From: an uncultured bacterium
GTDB lineage: Bacteria > Patescibacteriota > JACMRA01
DNA length: 64,000 nt
NCBI GenBank assembly: GCA_963704645.1
Contig: OY969926.1
Span: 1,152,001 to 1,216,000, forward strand
Reading direction: 5' to 3'
The position numbers and the translations under genes were made by a program. Positions 27,151-42,100 of the stretch are shown here, piece after piece. Under the pieces are notes generated by a model. It was not told the origin of the DNA and searched no databases. It worked only from the letters and a program-made list of their open reading frames with translations. Position 1 is the stretch's first letter. Each line of letters begins with the position of its first letter.

Positions 27151-30100
27151 ATGTTTTTTAAAAAAATTAAAAGCTTTGATTGGAAAAAAACTTTTAATAG
27201 AATATTTAAATCCAAGAATAAACCTTCTTCTAAGGATGTTTATTTTGTTTCTAAAAAACAATCCACTAACCCTAATTTGAAAAATAGATTAAAATTTTTT
27301 ATAGTAAAATATAGGTGGATAATTATTTTTGTTGCTGCAGTAATTGTTATAGGAACAATAGCTAACGCTGTTTTGCAATATCAAAGAATAGCTAAAGCAA
27401 ACGCACCTACTATTACCTCTATCACACCCAATTCTAGTTCTATACTTGGTGGAGCAGAGGTTACTATTAATGGAACTAACTTTTCCCAGGGTGGACCCCA
27501 AAGAATTATTACAATTACAAATCCAGGAAGTACAATTACTAACTATGAGGGTAACTTTAATTTAGATACAGCAAGTTTGATAAGTGCGAATAAATTAAGA
27601 TCTGATTGTGGTGATATAAGAATTAAAGATTCTGATGGAAATACCGATTTAAACTATTGGATTGATGGACAATGTAATTCTAGTTCAACTGTTGTTTGGT
27701 TTAAGAAACCCAGCCTTCCAACTGGAAATAGCACTGTGGTTTTAAAGTACAACAACCCAAGTTTAACCAGCCTTAGTAATATTGCTAATTTTAGTTTTGG
27801 AAGTGTTTTAGCTGGAACCAATAACAAACTTTGGTTAAGTGCTAATAATATTACAACATCTACGGCTTTTACGCCTAGTTTTGAAAATGTGGATGGGGTA
27901 ACAGTTAACGGAGGAGATTTAAGCAATACTGGAACTGCCAATAGCTGGATTAATGGAGCAACCTCTGTTCAAAGCATTAGCAGCGGCAATGGCTATGTAT
28001 CAAGCACTATTCTAGAAAATAACACTTACAGAATGTTTGGTTTGTCTAAGGGAAATAGTAATTCAAGTTATACAGATATTGATTTTGCCATGTACCCAGC
28101 TAACGACGGAAATATATACGTCTACGAAGGTGGTAGTGGTATTACAAGTTTAGGGACTTATTCAAACGGCGATGTATTAAGTGTGGAGGCTAGTGGAGAT
28201 AAAATTTTATATAAGAAAAATGGAATTACTCTTTATGTAAGCGGGGCTACTTTGACATCAAATAGTTACCCATTACTTTTTGACAGTTCTTTATATTCAG
28301 CTGGTGCCACTTTGAAAGATGTGAAAATTTGTATTGGTATTTGTGATGGATCTAGCATACAAACTTGGAATGACAGAAGTGGAAATGGAAATAATGCTAC
28401 TCAAACTACAGTCGCAAATAGGCCGCAAATAAAAACCAATATTCAGAATGGAAAGCCTGCGATTCAGTTTGACGGAAATAATGACAGGATGCAATTTACT
28501 CCGCTGACACTTTCTAGTGATAACGCCTTTTACACTGCATTTACCCCTAGGCCAAGCTCTGACACGTATGGAGCTGTTTTTTCTGAAAATAATATTAGAG
28601 GTTTTTACTATCGTGGATCAACCAGATTAATGAGTTATTATTATAGTTCTTCTGATCACCATAATACAACACCAATAATAGAAAATTTGGCCAATGTTTA
28701 TGGTTCAAATAGTGTTTTTGGAAATGTAGCATATTACCTTAACGGATCAAGCAATGGTACAAGCTCTGCATCTACTGGTTTTAGTGCTGATACTATTGGT
28801 GATGATGATTCTAGCGAAACATTTAAGGGTGATATACTGGAATTATTTTCATTTAACGCTTCTTTACCTGAGCAAGATCGTCAAAGTGTAGAAACTTATC
28901 TAAACTCAAAATATAATCTTTATGGCACAAACCCAACGCTAAGTATTGCCAGTGAAAGCATTACAACAGCATCTATTAGTTTTGGTGGAAATGTTGGAAC
29001 TAATCTGCAATATATTTCCCCTACACAGGTTAAAATTACAGTCCCAGCTTCTACATTACCTGGTAATAAAAATGGCTCTGTAGACGTTGTTCTTGTTAAC
29101 CCCGACGGTAGTAGTGTTACTTTAACTAATGGATTTAGTTATGGCGATCCAATTATCACTTCTATCACTCCAAACAGTGGAAATACACTTGGAGGGTATG
29201 AAGTAACAATAAATGGAACAAATTTTGCGAAAAGTGGAATAGAAAGAGCAGTTGCAATAAATAATCCTGGATTAAGCATTAATAACTATGAAGGAAAATT
29301 AACCTTAGACACCGCAAGCCTTATAACTGCAGGGAAATTAAGATCTGATTGCGGGGATATTAGAATTAAAGATAACAATGGAACTACAGACCTAGGTTAT
29401 TGGTTAGAAAGTGGATGTAATACTTCTAGCACTATAATTTGGTTTAAAAAAACTAGCCTACCAAACGGTAGTAGTAATATTTACTTGAAGTATGGCCTGC
29501 CTGAATTAACCAGTCAAAGTAATATTTCTAATGTATCTTTTGCTTCTGTATTGGCGGGTAGCAATGTAAAGTTTAGAATGAGTGCTGAAAATGCCTTAAC
29601 TGCCACTGAATTTACACCATCTTTTACCGATATTGTTGGTACTTCTGTTAACAATGGTACAATTGCAAGCACGGCTAGTACTGGCTGGGGTAATAGTGGA
29701 CTTATTTCTAGTCAAACTATAGACTCTGGAAATGGTTATGTTTCAGCAAAATTGATCGACACCAATTCTGAAAGAATGTTTGGACTAGCAAAAAATAATA
29801 CATCTGCACATTACAATGATATTGACTTTGCCATATACCCTTCTTCAGATGGTAATTTAAGGGTGTATGAGTCAGGAAACTTTATAACTAGCATAGGAAC
29901 TTACACAGCTAACGATATTTTAAGTGTTGAGGCTACTGGCGATAAAATTGTTTACAAGAAAAATGGCCTTGTTTTATATACAAGTTCAATTACTTTAACC
30001 TCAGCTAATTATCCATTAACCCTAGATACTTCACTTTATAATACAGGTTCAACATTAAGCGACATTAAAATGTGTGTTGGAATTTGTAATTTATCTAGCA

Positions 30101-33100
30101 TTCAGACACTTACTGACATTTCATCGAACGCTAATAATGCCACTCAAAATACTGCGGGCAGCAGACCTACAATATACTCAAGTGCGTTTAGTGGAAAACC
30201 AGCAATTCGTTTTGATGGTGTAAATGATACTTTATACCTATCAAATAACGCGGCAGTTGCTCAATATATAACAGTTTTTAAATCAAATGTAGCTAATTTC
30301 AACAATTATGGATCGGTTTTAGAAAATGTTTCAGGCGGTAGAATGGGTCTTTTTGAACCTGGAACAAACCAATTTCACGGCGGCCCATATCCTTTAGCTG
30401 TAAGAAAAAATGGTACAAGTTTAACCTCACCATTTAATCTTGGAGGTATTACATTACCAATGGTTATGACACTAAACACTGCCAACCCTATTAGTGTGAG
30501 ACCAATGCAACTTGGAGCAATGGAAAACAGCTATTTTGCCAACATAGACATTGCCGAAATAATTGCCTTTGGAACTGCAAATAGTAATTCTGAAGTTCAG
30601 TCTTTAGAGAATTATTTAAATTTAAAATATAATATCTCAAGTACAAACCCTACACTTACCATTGGCTCTGAATCTGGCAATGCTGGAAATGGAGGCCTAA
30701 CTTTTGGAGGAAACTCTGCAACAAATATTCAATACATTTCTTCTGCCGAAATTAAAGCAAAAGTTCCAGCATCATCATTGCCAGGCAGTAAAAGTGGTTC
30801 TGTAGATGTAGTATTTACCAATCCTAATGGAATTAGTACCACTTTAATCAATGGTTTTAGTTATTTATCGCCAAGTATTTCTTCTATTACACCAAATTCC
30901 AGTGCCACACTTGGAGGAATAGAGGTAACTATAAACGGAGCAAATTTTGCCAATAGTGGCTATAAAAAACTTTTAACCATTACAAATTCTGGTGGCAGTG
31001 CTAGTAATGTTAAAACTTCTGTTTTGGTAGATACAGCAAGTTTAATTTCTGCAGGAAAAATGCGTAATGATTGCGGCGATCTTCGTATAAAAAATAATGA
31101 TGAAAGCATAAATTTGAATTATTGGATAGAACAAGGTTGCAACACTAGCTCTACTTTAATTCACATTTCCATACCAAGTTTATCTGTGGGAGAAAATATC
31201 TTTTACTTGAAATATGGCGACTCTGTGCTTGTTTCTGAAAGTAGCAGAGACGCTGTATATCCTGTTTTTGCAACAAATTCTAGTTCTTTAAAACAATGGA
31301 TAAAGTCTACAGACGGTACCAGTACCACAACAAACGGAGCTACTGTAACCAGTATTGAAGATAAATCTGGAAATAATAATAATTGGAGTGTTCAAAGTGG
31401 TTATTCTGGTGCAACTTATAATCCAACCGGGTTGAACGGTAAACCAAGCTTGTCTTTCAATGGTTCAAACAGTTACCAGTTTACAAATAGGTTAACTGAT
31501 ATTCGTACTGTGATAATGTTTTGGAACGAGACAGCTGCAGGAAGCGGATCTGGTTCGTTTATACTTGGAGATACCAGTAGTTACGACTTCCATAGAAGTG
31601 GAAATAATTATCTTGCAAACTGTTACAATTCTTATGTTTGCAATGGAACTTTTAGAATAAACGGCACAGGTGTAGCGCCAACTTCAGCTCAAGCAGTTTA
31701 TAATTCTCCTGTAATTTTATCTATAATTACAAATGGTGGCACTGCGGCGGCCAATACATTTGATAAAGATAGAACATATCATGGTCCGTTTATTGGTCAA
31801 TTTGGTGAGAGTATGATATTTAACCAGTCACTTTCAGTTGATGATGTTGCAAGTTTGGAACAATATATTAGTGCAAAATATAGCTTAAACAGCACTTACA
31901 ATTTGGTCTTAGGAGGTGAATCTGGAAGCGGAAACGGAAGTATTAGCTTTGGAGGAAACCCTGCAACTAATATTCAATTTATTTCATCAAATCAGCTTAA
32001 AGCTACTGTGCCAGCTTCTACACTAAGTGGAAATAAAACTGGCTCTGTTGATGTAACAGTTACCAACCCTGATGGAAGCAATGGAACTTTCAGCAATGGT
32101 TTTACTTATGTAGCCCCAGTTGTAACAAGTATTTCTCCAAATAGTGGGCCAAATATAGGTGGAACTTTTGTAACTATTTCTGGTAGTAATTTTAGCAACC
32201 TTAGAAGTGCAGGTGCATTAATTTCAAGACAAATTACAATTACAAACCCTGGTAGTACAATTACAAATTATGAAGGAAACGTTACTTTAGATACAGCTTC
32301 ATTAATATCAGCAAATAAATTAAGAAGTGATTGTGGAGATATTAGAGTAAAAGATTCTGATGGAAATACAGATTTAAACTATTGGATAGATGGAGATTGC
32401 AATAGCGCCAACACTGTTATTTGGTTTAAGAAGCCTAGCCTTTTAGCAGATAATAATACTGTAATTTTAAAGTATGGAGATTCAAATTTAACTACTCAAA
32501 GTAATATAAATAATTTTAGTTTTGGTTCAGTTTTAACTTCAACAAATAATAAGCTTTGGGTAAGTGCAAACTCTGGCGTAGGAACTTCAATTGATGGAGG
32601 AGCTATTTCAAGTTGGATGGATAGAAGTGGAAATGGAAATAATGCAACCCAAATTACAACAACTAACCAACCGACACTTAGAAATAAAGTTCAAAATGGA
32701 AAACCTGCAGTTAGATTTGATGGTGTAAATGACTCAATTACTTTTGGAGATCTGGAAATTTCAAACACAAAAAACATCAGTTTCATTACAGTTTTCAAAA
32801 CACCAAGAATTCGACAGTATGATGGTATTTTTACTAAAAGTTATTCGGCTTATGGGGCTTATTTAGGTGGAGATTACGCTGGAAATAGTGGAAAAGTTGA
32901 ATTCTTTGTTGATTCTAGTAGGCCTGGAGGGGCTTTTGCGCTTTCAAATTCTGCTTTAAACAATAATTTAGGGAATTTAGTAATTGGAACGTACGATGGT
33001 AATTTGGCAAATGAAAATTTAAAAATGTTTGTAAACGGAAGTCAACAGACAAAAACTGGTAACAGTACTGTAAATATTCCAGATTCATCAGACAAATTGA

Positions 33101-36100
33101 CTTTAGGTGCTGAAGAAGGCTCCTCATCTTCTGGGTATAATTTAGAAGGTGATATTATCGAAAGCTTGGCTTTTAATAGCACCCTGTCTGATACTGATCG
33201 TCAGAATCTTGAAACTTATTTAAATACTAAATATAATCTTTATAACACAACAACTCTTCCCACTGCAGCTTTAGACAGTGCCGAGACAAATTTCTCAATT
33301 AGCATAAATGGTAATAATTTAGATAACGCCAAGTTTATTTCATCAACTAGTTTGACAGGCTATGTTCCAGCTGGAACAGGAACGCAAAGTGTAACAGTAA
33401 CAAACTCAGATGGCACAAACGGAACTCTTTCAAATGGTTTTACCTATGGTGTAAACGGTGTACCAAATCCAATTTTTGATCTTGCCATTAACAATACGCA
33501 AAACGAAAGTGTGCCACTGGCTTGGACAGCACCTTCTAATAATGGGTCGGCAATTACCGATTATATAATAAAATATAGTACAGACAACTTCGCTACTGAA
33601 ACAATAGTAAATGATGGGGTAAACGCGAATACAAACTATACAATAACTGGTTTAACACCTGGGACTAGTTATAAATTTAAAGTAATTTCAGTGAATGGAA
33701 TTGGAAATAGTATTGATTCAAATGTGGTTACCCTATCAAGTTTTGACTGCGATACCAACCTAAATGGAGCTGATTTTACACCTGCAAATGGTGCAACTTT
33801 AACTGGGCGTTATTGTAACATTGGCACTTTTACAATTTCTAGTGGGTTTACTGTAAGTACTGCAGTAGAGTCAAAAGTTAAAATCTATGCTCAAAATGCA
33901 AATATATTGGGAACACTAAGCGCCAACTCCAAAGGTTTCCTAGGGGGATTGCAAACAGGTAATGCTTCAGGCAACGGTTTAGGTGCTGGAGGTGGAGTTT
34001 ATGCTGGAAATGGAGGTGCTGGAGGTGGCTATGGTGGAAATGGTGGAAGATATAGTAATGCTTCTGGCGGTATTGCTTATGGTTCTATAACAGAACCTAC
34101 AGATCTTGGAAGTGGTGGTTCAACTTATGGAAATTCTATAAGCTATCCTGGTGGAAATGGTGGAGGATCTATTAAATTAAATATTACAAATACTTTAACT
34201 AATAATGGAAGTATTGCTGTAAATGGAGATAATTCTGCAAGTTATGGTGGTGGTGGAAGTGGAGGTAGTATCTGGATTACTAGTAATACTTTAGCTGGTA
34301 CTGGTACTTTAACTGCCAATGGAGGAAATAATCCAAGTGGTTCCAACGGTGGTGGAAGCGGTGGTAGAATTGCTTTATACTATAACACTAAGACTTTATC
34401 TGGAAGTGTAAGTGCTATTGGCGGAACTGGAGGACAAAATGGTGGAGCTGGAACTGTCTATGAGAAAGTAAGCTCTCAAACATACGGAAGCCTAAAGATA
34501 GATAATGGTAACATAAGTGGATCCGATAGCGCAGCAACAATAATTAATTCAAGTTACCTAGTTTTAAACTCACTAGATAATCTTATTGTTACTAATAAAG
34601 CCAATGCTGCTTTAAATAAAGATTTAACGATTATAAATACAAGTTTAGATATTAATGTTGGAACAACTTTTACAGTTAACAACACCCTAACTTCAAATAA
34701 CCTTTCAACGCTAACCAACTCTGGAACTTTCAATTTTTCAACCACGGGTAATTGGATAAGCAATAGTCTTTCAAGCGTTACAATTTCAGGGCTTTTAACC
34801 CTAAATACTTACATGCTTCCAACTATAAACACTGTCACTATTGAAAGTGGTGGCAACTTAACATCAAGCCAAAATACTACATTAGCCAACACCCCATATA
34901 AAAAAATTGATCTAAATATCAATAACCTAACTGTTAATAGTGGTGGGCAAATTCAAACCAACTCCAAAGGTTTCCTAGGGGGATTGCAAACAGGTAATGC
35001 TTCAGGCAACGGTTTAGGTGCTGGAGGTGGAGTTTATGCTGGAAATGGAGGTGCTGGAGGTGGCTATGGTGGAAATGGTGGAAGATATAGTAATGCTTCT
35101 GGCGGTATTGCTTATGGTTCTATAACAGAACCTACAGATCTTGGAAGTGGTGGTTCAACTTATGGAAATTCTATAAGCTATCCTGGTGGAAATGGTGGAG
35201 GATCTATTAAATTAAATATTACAAATACTTTAACTAATAATGGAAGTATTGCTGTAAATGGAGATAATTCTGCAAGTTATGGTGGTGGTGGAAGTGGAGG
35301 TAGTATCTGGATTACTAGTAATACTTTAGCTGGTACTGGTACTTTAACTGCCAATGGAGGAAATAATCCAAGTGGTTCCAACGGTGGTGGAAGCGGTGGT
35401 AGAATTGCTTTATACTATAACACTAAGACTTTATCTGGAAGTGTAAGTGCTATTGGCGGAACTGGAGGACAAAATGGTGGAGCTGGAACTGTCTATGAGA
35501 AAGTTGGAAATGATGAATTTGGAAGTCTTACAATTAGCAGTAGTGGAACATTGGGTGCAGCCACTGAGATTAATAATACTTTTTATCCGGTCAACACTTT
35601 TAAAAATCTAACTGTTACTACAGGGTCAGTTTTAATTCAAAATAAAGCTTTAACTTTACAAAATATTGTATTTACTATTCCTACAAATTCATATTTTTAC
35701 CAAGACCAGCCCCTAACCTATACAAATATCCTTTCTGATATTAACATTTCAGGTTATTGGGAATCTAAATCTAGCCCTACAAATACCTCTCAAGCCAATC
35801 TAAATGTAAATAGTGGTGGAAACTTAACTACAAGCCAAAACACCACAGATGCAGCAAATTTAAATTACAAAATAGATTTAACTTTCAATAACATTACTGT
35901 TAGCAGCGGGGGTCAAATTCAAACTAATGAGAAAGGTTTTCAAGGAGGATATAATGGAAACACTTCATTTTCAGGATATGGACCAGGTGGAGGTGTTACT
36001 GCTTCAAGCAACGGTGGAGGAGGAGGTGGCTATGGTGGAACAGGAGGCAAGTTCAATGTTACAACTGGTGGAAGCACATATGGTTCCATTAGCGAGCCAT

Positions 36101-39100
36101 CTGACCTGGGAAGCGGCGGAGCTACATATTCATTTACTTCTTCGTATCCAGGTGGGAATGGTGGAGGGGCAATTAAATTAAGCGCTAATGCAACTTTTAC
36201 AAACAATGGTACAATTTCTGCAAATGGGGGAAATTCTCCAAACTATGGTGGTGGTGGAAGTGGTGGAAGTATCTGGATTACTAGTAACACTTTAGCTGGA
36301 ACAGGAAATACAACTGCCAATGGAGGAAATAATACAAGCGGTTCCAATGGCGGAGGAGGAGGTGGTAGAATTGCTTTATACTATAACAACAAGACTTTAT
36401 CTGGGATTGTAACTGCAAATGGAGGGACTGGACAGCAAAATGGTGGAGCTGGGACTATTTACGAACCAAATACACCTCAAACTGGTTTGACTGATGCTAT
36501 ATTTTCTCCAAACCCTAACCCAATTTCTATTGGCAATACTTTCAGCGCTCAAATTACAAATGTAAAAAATACTTTTGGCTTTAATTTATTTAGTGGTACT
36601 TGCAGCGTAAATATTACAGGACCTAGTTATTCTCAAAGTTATAATGGAACTGTGAACACTGGAGTTTGTACAATTTCTGGCACCTACCCTGCCCCAACTG
36701 TAACAGGTTCTGGTTATACAGCTGCGCTTTCTGTAACTGGTGCAACTACTGAAACCAAAAATGTAAGCTTTGATGTAGCTACCACACCTTCAAACAGAGC
36801 AAAAATTGACACTGGCAGTCTTCCAATATATTCTTCTTTAACAGTAAACCCTGCCAACCCACTAATTGGTACAAATTTCACAGTTACGGGTTCGGGTTTT
36901 GTAGACTCGTTAAACAATCAAGCTCTGAATGGTATTCCTTGTAATGTAAATATAACTGGACCAAATAGTTTTTCTCAGGTTTTTGTAACTGCAAATATTG
37001 TTGGCGGAATTTGTTCTTACAGTTTTAACTCTTCCACTTTACCCAAAGTATCCGGAACTTATAATGTTTCAATTACAATTCAAGGCGATTCCACAAACTT
37101 AACTACAAACTCAGTTAACTTCAGTTACTACTTTGATATTTACTTAACAAATGGTAGTGGTTTTGATTCTACTGGAAAAATTCCTGGGTTTATTTCTTCT
37201 AGCCAATCTAGCATAGTTCAAGGCGACCCAGACCCTATTTTTACTTCCCCTATTATTAAGAAATTTGATAATTCAGCTTTATTAGCTGTGGGAACACCTT
37301 GCGCAATTTTAATTACAATTTCTGCAAATCCAGAAACGGCATATAATTCAACAATAAATTCTGCTGGCCAATGTGTAGCTACCGTTCCAAATAATAGTTT
37401 TACGGCTGGAAATTTGTCTATAAGAGCCAGAGTGGAAGTGCAAAACAATTTCTTCTATACAAATGCAAACACATCAATTTTGATACAGAATTTTTCTTCT
37501 AATAAAGCCAAGGAAGGAACAACTGCTGGCCAAGTCAAATATACCATTCAAACTGCTACTCCAACTCCAACTTTTATTGGGCAAGATTATACTTTATCGG
37601 TTACAGGGCTTGAAGATTCTTTAATAAATGGTAGGCCACTGGCGAATATAAATTGTTCAATTATAATGACAGGGCCAAATAGCTATTTAAATATTGAAAC
37701 AGTAGCCGTAACAAATGGAAATTGTATAAAAGTTTTGTCGGGTAATATTCCTCAAATACCAGGCCAATATAGTTTTAAAGTTCAAGTTGCAGGAGATAAT
37801 TCTATTTTAGAAACTCCAGCTCTAAGTTTTAACCGATTCTTTGATATTAAATTAAGTGGTGTGGCTGGAATTAGCGGTTCTATACCAGGTAATGTTGTTT
37901 CTTCCCAAAACCCAGTTTTATTAAACCAAGCTACAACAATTACTTCACCTAGTGTTAGAAACTTTATAGACAACGCTAGCTTAACAGGCAAAGCATGTAG
38001 AAATATTTTGAAAATAAACAGTGGAAGTGACCAAATTTACACAAGCACTTTGAACGGTAGTGGCCAATGCGTTACCAATGTACCAAACACAGACATTCCA
38101 ACTTTAGGTATTGCTTATTTAAAAACACAAGTAAGCATAATTAACTCCGATTTTAACTCTGCTTATACTTTTGAAACAGCCAACACAAGCTTACCAATTA
38201 GAAACGCACCTACAGCTTCCATTTGCGCCAACCAAACTTTTAGAGATGATAATAAAAATGGAGTTAAAGATACATCAGAGCCATTGTTGGCAGGTGTTAC
38301 AACCAGATTAAAAGATGCAGCTAATTTAAACATTCTAAGTACACTAAGTACCACCAACACTGGGCCGAACTGTTTTAGCAACCTATTTGATGACACATAC
38401 TACTTGGAACAAATTTTACCAACTTCTGGTGCTTTACAAACTGGAAGTCTAAGTTACCAAATAATTTTAGGTGTTGGTGCTACCGAAAACCGAAGTTTTG
38501 GTTACAACGGAGACGCCACTATTTGCGCTGATCCAACCTTTATTGATCTTAACCAAAACGGATTTTACGAACCTGGAAACGGTGATTATTACTATACTGG
38601 CCTAATTACAAATTTATATTTGGCTAGCAATTTAAACAATAGCTTACAGCAAATTACTTCCAATGGCACTGCAAGCAATTGCTTTACTCCAGTTAACCCT
38701 GCTAATTACACTGTTATTCAAACCGCCCCGGCTAACACAACTTCTACAACTGGCACGGTTATAAATGATAAAGTTTCTAAGAATATCACTTTAAGTTTTG
38801 GAGTTAATCAAAGTCAGAAATTTGGCTATAGCATAATTCCTTCCAACAAAGCTAAAGCACAAGATGCTCCAAACCAAACCAAACCAGTCTACACTTCAAT
38901 TGTTCAGCTTACTTCGGTTAACCCAACTTATAACGAAAAAGCTTTTGTAAATTACCCGGTATCAGCCACTATTTCTGGGTTAGTTGATAGTAACAGCAAC
39001 TTAGCTTTAAACTCTACCGCAAATTGTAGCGCAACTTTTAGCGGACCATCCTTTACTTCTCCAATTACAGTTTCTAATTTAAATGTAGTTTCTGGTGTAT

Positions 39101-42100
39101 GCGTTGTGAATAATACCAACAACTCTACTGTTCTTCCAACTGTTATTGGTTCTGGGAATAGCGTAGTTTTCAGCATTGAAGGACCAACAAGCACCTTGGT
39201 TTCAGATCCTCATCTTTTTGAAGTATTTAGTGGAAATTCCACAATTTGCCCTCTAGTATTTGCCGATTACAATTTGAATGGAACAAAACAATCTGGAGAA
39301 CCTTATTTGGCTGGAGTGCAAACCCAATTGTTTAAAGATGGTGGAACTACTTTGTTGCAAACTATAAACTCCAACATTAATGGAAATAGCTGTTTTGCGC
39401 CAATAACTTCTGGTATTGAATATTCTATAGTTCAAACCGCTCCAAGTGGTGCTAGCTTGTCTGCCGAAACATTAACCAGAACAGTTACACCTTTCCCTGA
39501 AACCATAAACAATTTTAATTTTGGCTACAAGGGAGACAGTACAATTACCCCACTTTTATTTAGAGATGATAACCGAAATGGTGCTAACGATTTTGAAACT
39601 GCTTTAAATAATTTGTTTACAGCTACCTTAAAAGATTACGCTGGAAATATTATTAGTTCTAATCTAAGCGTGAATAGCATTAATAATTTTACTAATTTGC
39701 TTTCCACTTCTGTTTTAGGTGGTAACTATGTTGTTGAAATAAATACTCAAGGCTTACTAACTACAAATACTACCAATAATAACCCTTTCAGTGTAACAAC
39801 TTTGAATAGTGGAACGAACCAAAATGTAAGTCTTGGTTTTGCTAGTAATGCTTCAATTTGTCCTAACCCTACTTTCAACGATTACAATTACAATGGCATT
39901 AGCGATGGTGGTGAGCCAAATATTAACGGTTTAGTTACTAGGCTATTATTAGCTTCAGATAATTCTGAAGTAGCTACTTTAAACACAAACGGTAGTAATT
40001 GTTTCACCAATGTAATTCCAAATAATTATATTTTAGAACAAACTCATCCGGTTGGAGCAATTTTAACTACAACCCCAGGAACCCAATCAACTGGAAAAAT
40101 AACTGTACCCGTAACTTCTGCCTTTGGCATTAGCAACACCCAAAAGTTTGGCTATAAAGGTGATAGTGTTATTTGTCCTAACCCAAGCTTCCAAGATTTA
40201 AACAAAGATGGAATTAAGCAAACTGAAGAACTATTAATTTCGGGTTTAACTACAGTTTTGAAAGATATAAACGGAACAACAGTACAAAGTTTAGTTACAA
40301 ACGGCACGGACTGTTTTACACAGCTACTTGCCGGTACTTACCAAGTTGTGCAAACTGCACCAAATAATTCTACTTCTACAACTGGTGGAACTACCCAAAA
40401 TGTAACTGTAGCAATGGCCGAAACTATAAACCAAGCTTTTGGTTACGATGGAAGCCCGCTAATTTGTCCTAATGTTTTTCAAGATAATAATGGTGATGGA
40501 ATTCAAAATAATGGAGAGGTTACTCTGCCAGGTGTAACAGTAAAACTAAGCGATTCTGGCAATATACAAATTGGTTCAGACATAATTTCTAGCGGAACTG
40601 TTCAATGCTTCCCAGCAGTTACTATAGGTGAAAACTATTCAGTAACAGCCACAACACCAGAAGGATACACCAGTACTACAGCTTTAACTGCCAACATAAG
40701 TGCAGTGTTCGGCCAAAGATACACTCCAAATTTTGGCTTCAATGGTAACGCCGTTGTTTGTATAACAAATTCTTTTACCGACTTCAACGCTAATGGAGTT
40801 TACGATGCAGGGACAGATGAAAGTTTGAATGCTTTAGTTTCTAAAATTAGGCTTAACGGAAGCAACACAGATATTCAAATTGTAAATACTAATTCCAGTG
40901 GCCAAGCCTGCTTTAATGCCTTACCTCCCGGACAGTACAAAGTAATTCAAATAGGCCCAGATGGTACAAATTCTACCACAGGTGGTGACCAAGTTTTTAG
41001 CTTATCGCCAGGCCAAAACAAAGATTTAGTTTTTGGATATTCAGGTTCTGGTGCTTTATGTGTAAACCTATACAACGACACTAATTTCAATTCCAGAAAA
41101 GACGCTGGCGAAATATATATTCCTAATATTACTGTTGAATTGTATTTGCAAAGCAATTTGTTAACCGCTATAGGCACGCAGTCAAGCAGCAGCACAGGTG
41201 ACATTTGCTTTACCGGATTATACCCAAATGACTTCCAAGCCAAAATAATTACTACTGGGTATTTAAACGACAATTCATTCGTTTCAACAAGTGGTGGCAA
41301 TACACAAAACGTTACTTTAAATTCTGGTAACAATTATTACGCCACCCAAACTTTTGGCTATACCAATAATGCAGACTATGCCAAAGGTGCTTTCCGCGGT
41401 TTGGTATATGTAGACAGAGATGAAAACGGCTTTTCCAACACCAGAGGAAATGATGGTGTTGAAGCCACAATTTACGACAATGATGTACCTATTGTAGAAA
41501 AACTAGTTAATTTGCTTAAAGATAGTGGGGGAAATAACTTTGTTTTCCAGTCTGCCCAAATAACCGATTCATTGGGTGAATTTAACTTCATTGGACTAGA
41601 TCCAGGTGTTTATAAAATAGAAATAGCCAACGACACGGGAGTTGTAGCCGTTACGCCAAACCCTTCCACAAGGACTTTTACCATTAACACCAACGAAAAA
41701 ACTTACGATTTATACGGCTTCCAATACACAGCTCAAATATGTCCAAGCATATTCTTAGACAAAGACAATGATGGAATTTTAAACGGAACTGATATAGATT
41801 TAATTCAAAACGGTGGAGTATATGTACAATTAGAATATCAAAGTTTTGGGGGTACTCAAGTTTATGGAGGTGGCAATGCCAACGGTGTTTTACTTAACAG
41901 CAGCAACGCCTGCTTAACAAAAGTTCCACCAAGAAATTACAATCTTAGAATTTCAACCTATAACAACTTTAGCAACCTGTTTGATACCGCTTATTACAAT
42001 CAACGAAATCCTTCCTCCAACCCTTCGGTTAGCGTATTTCTTGGCAACACCGCTACCCCAAAAGTTACATATCATACAAATGCTTTGCCACCAGTATACA

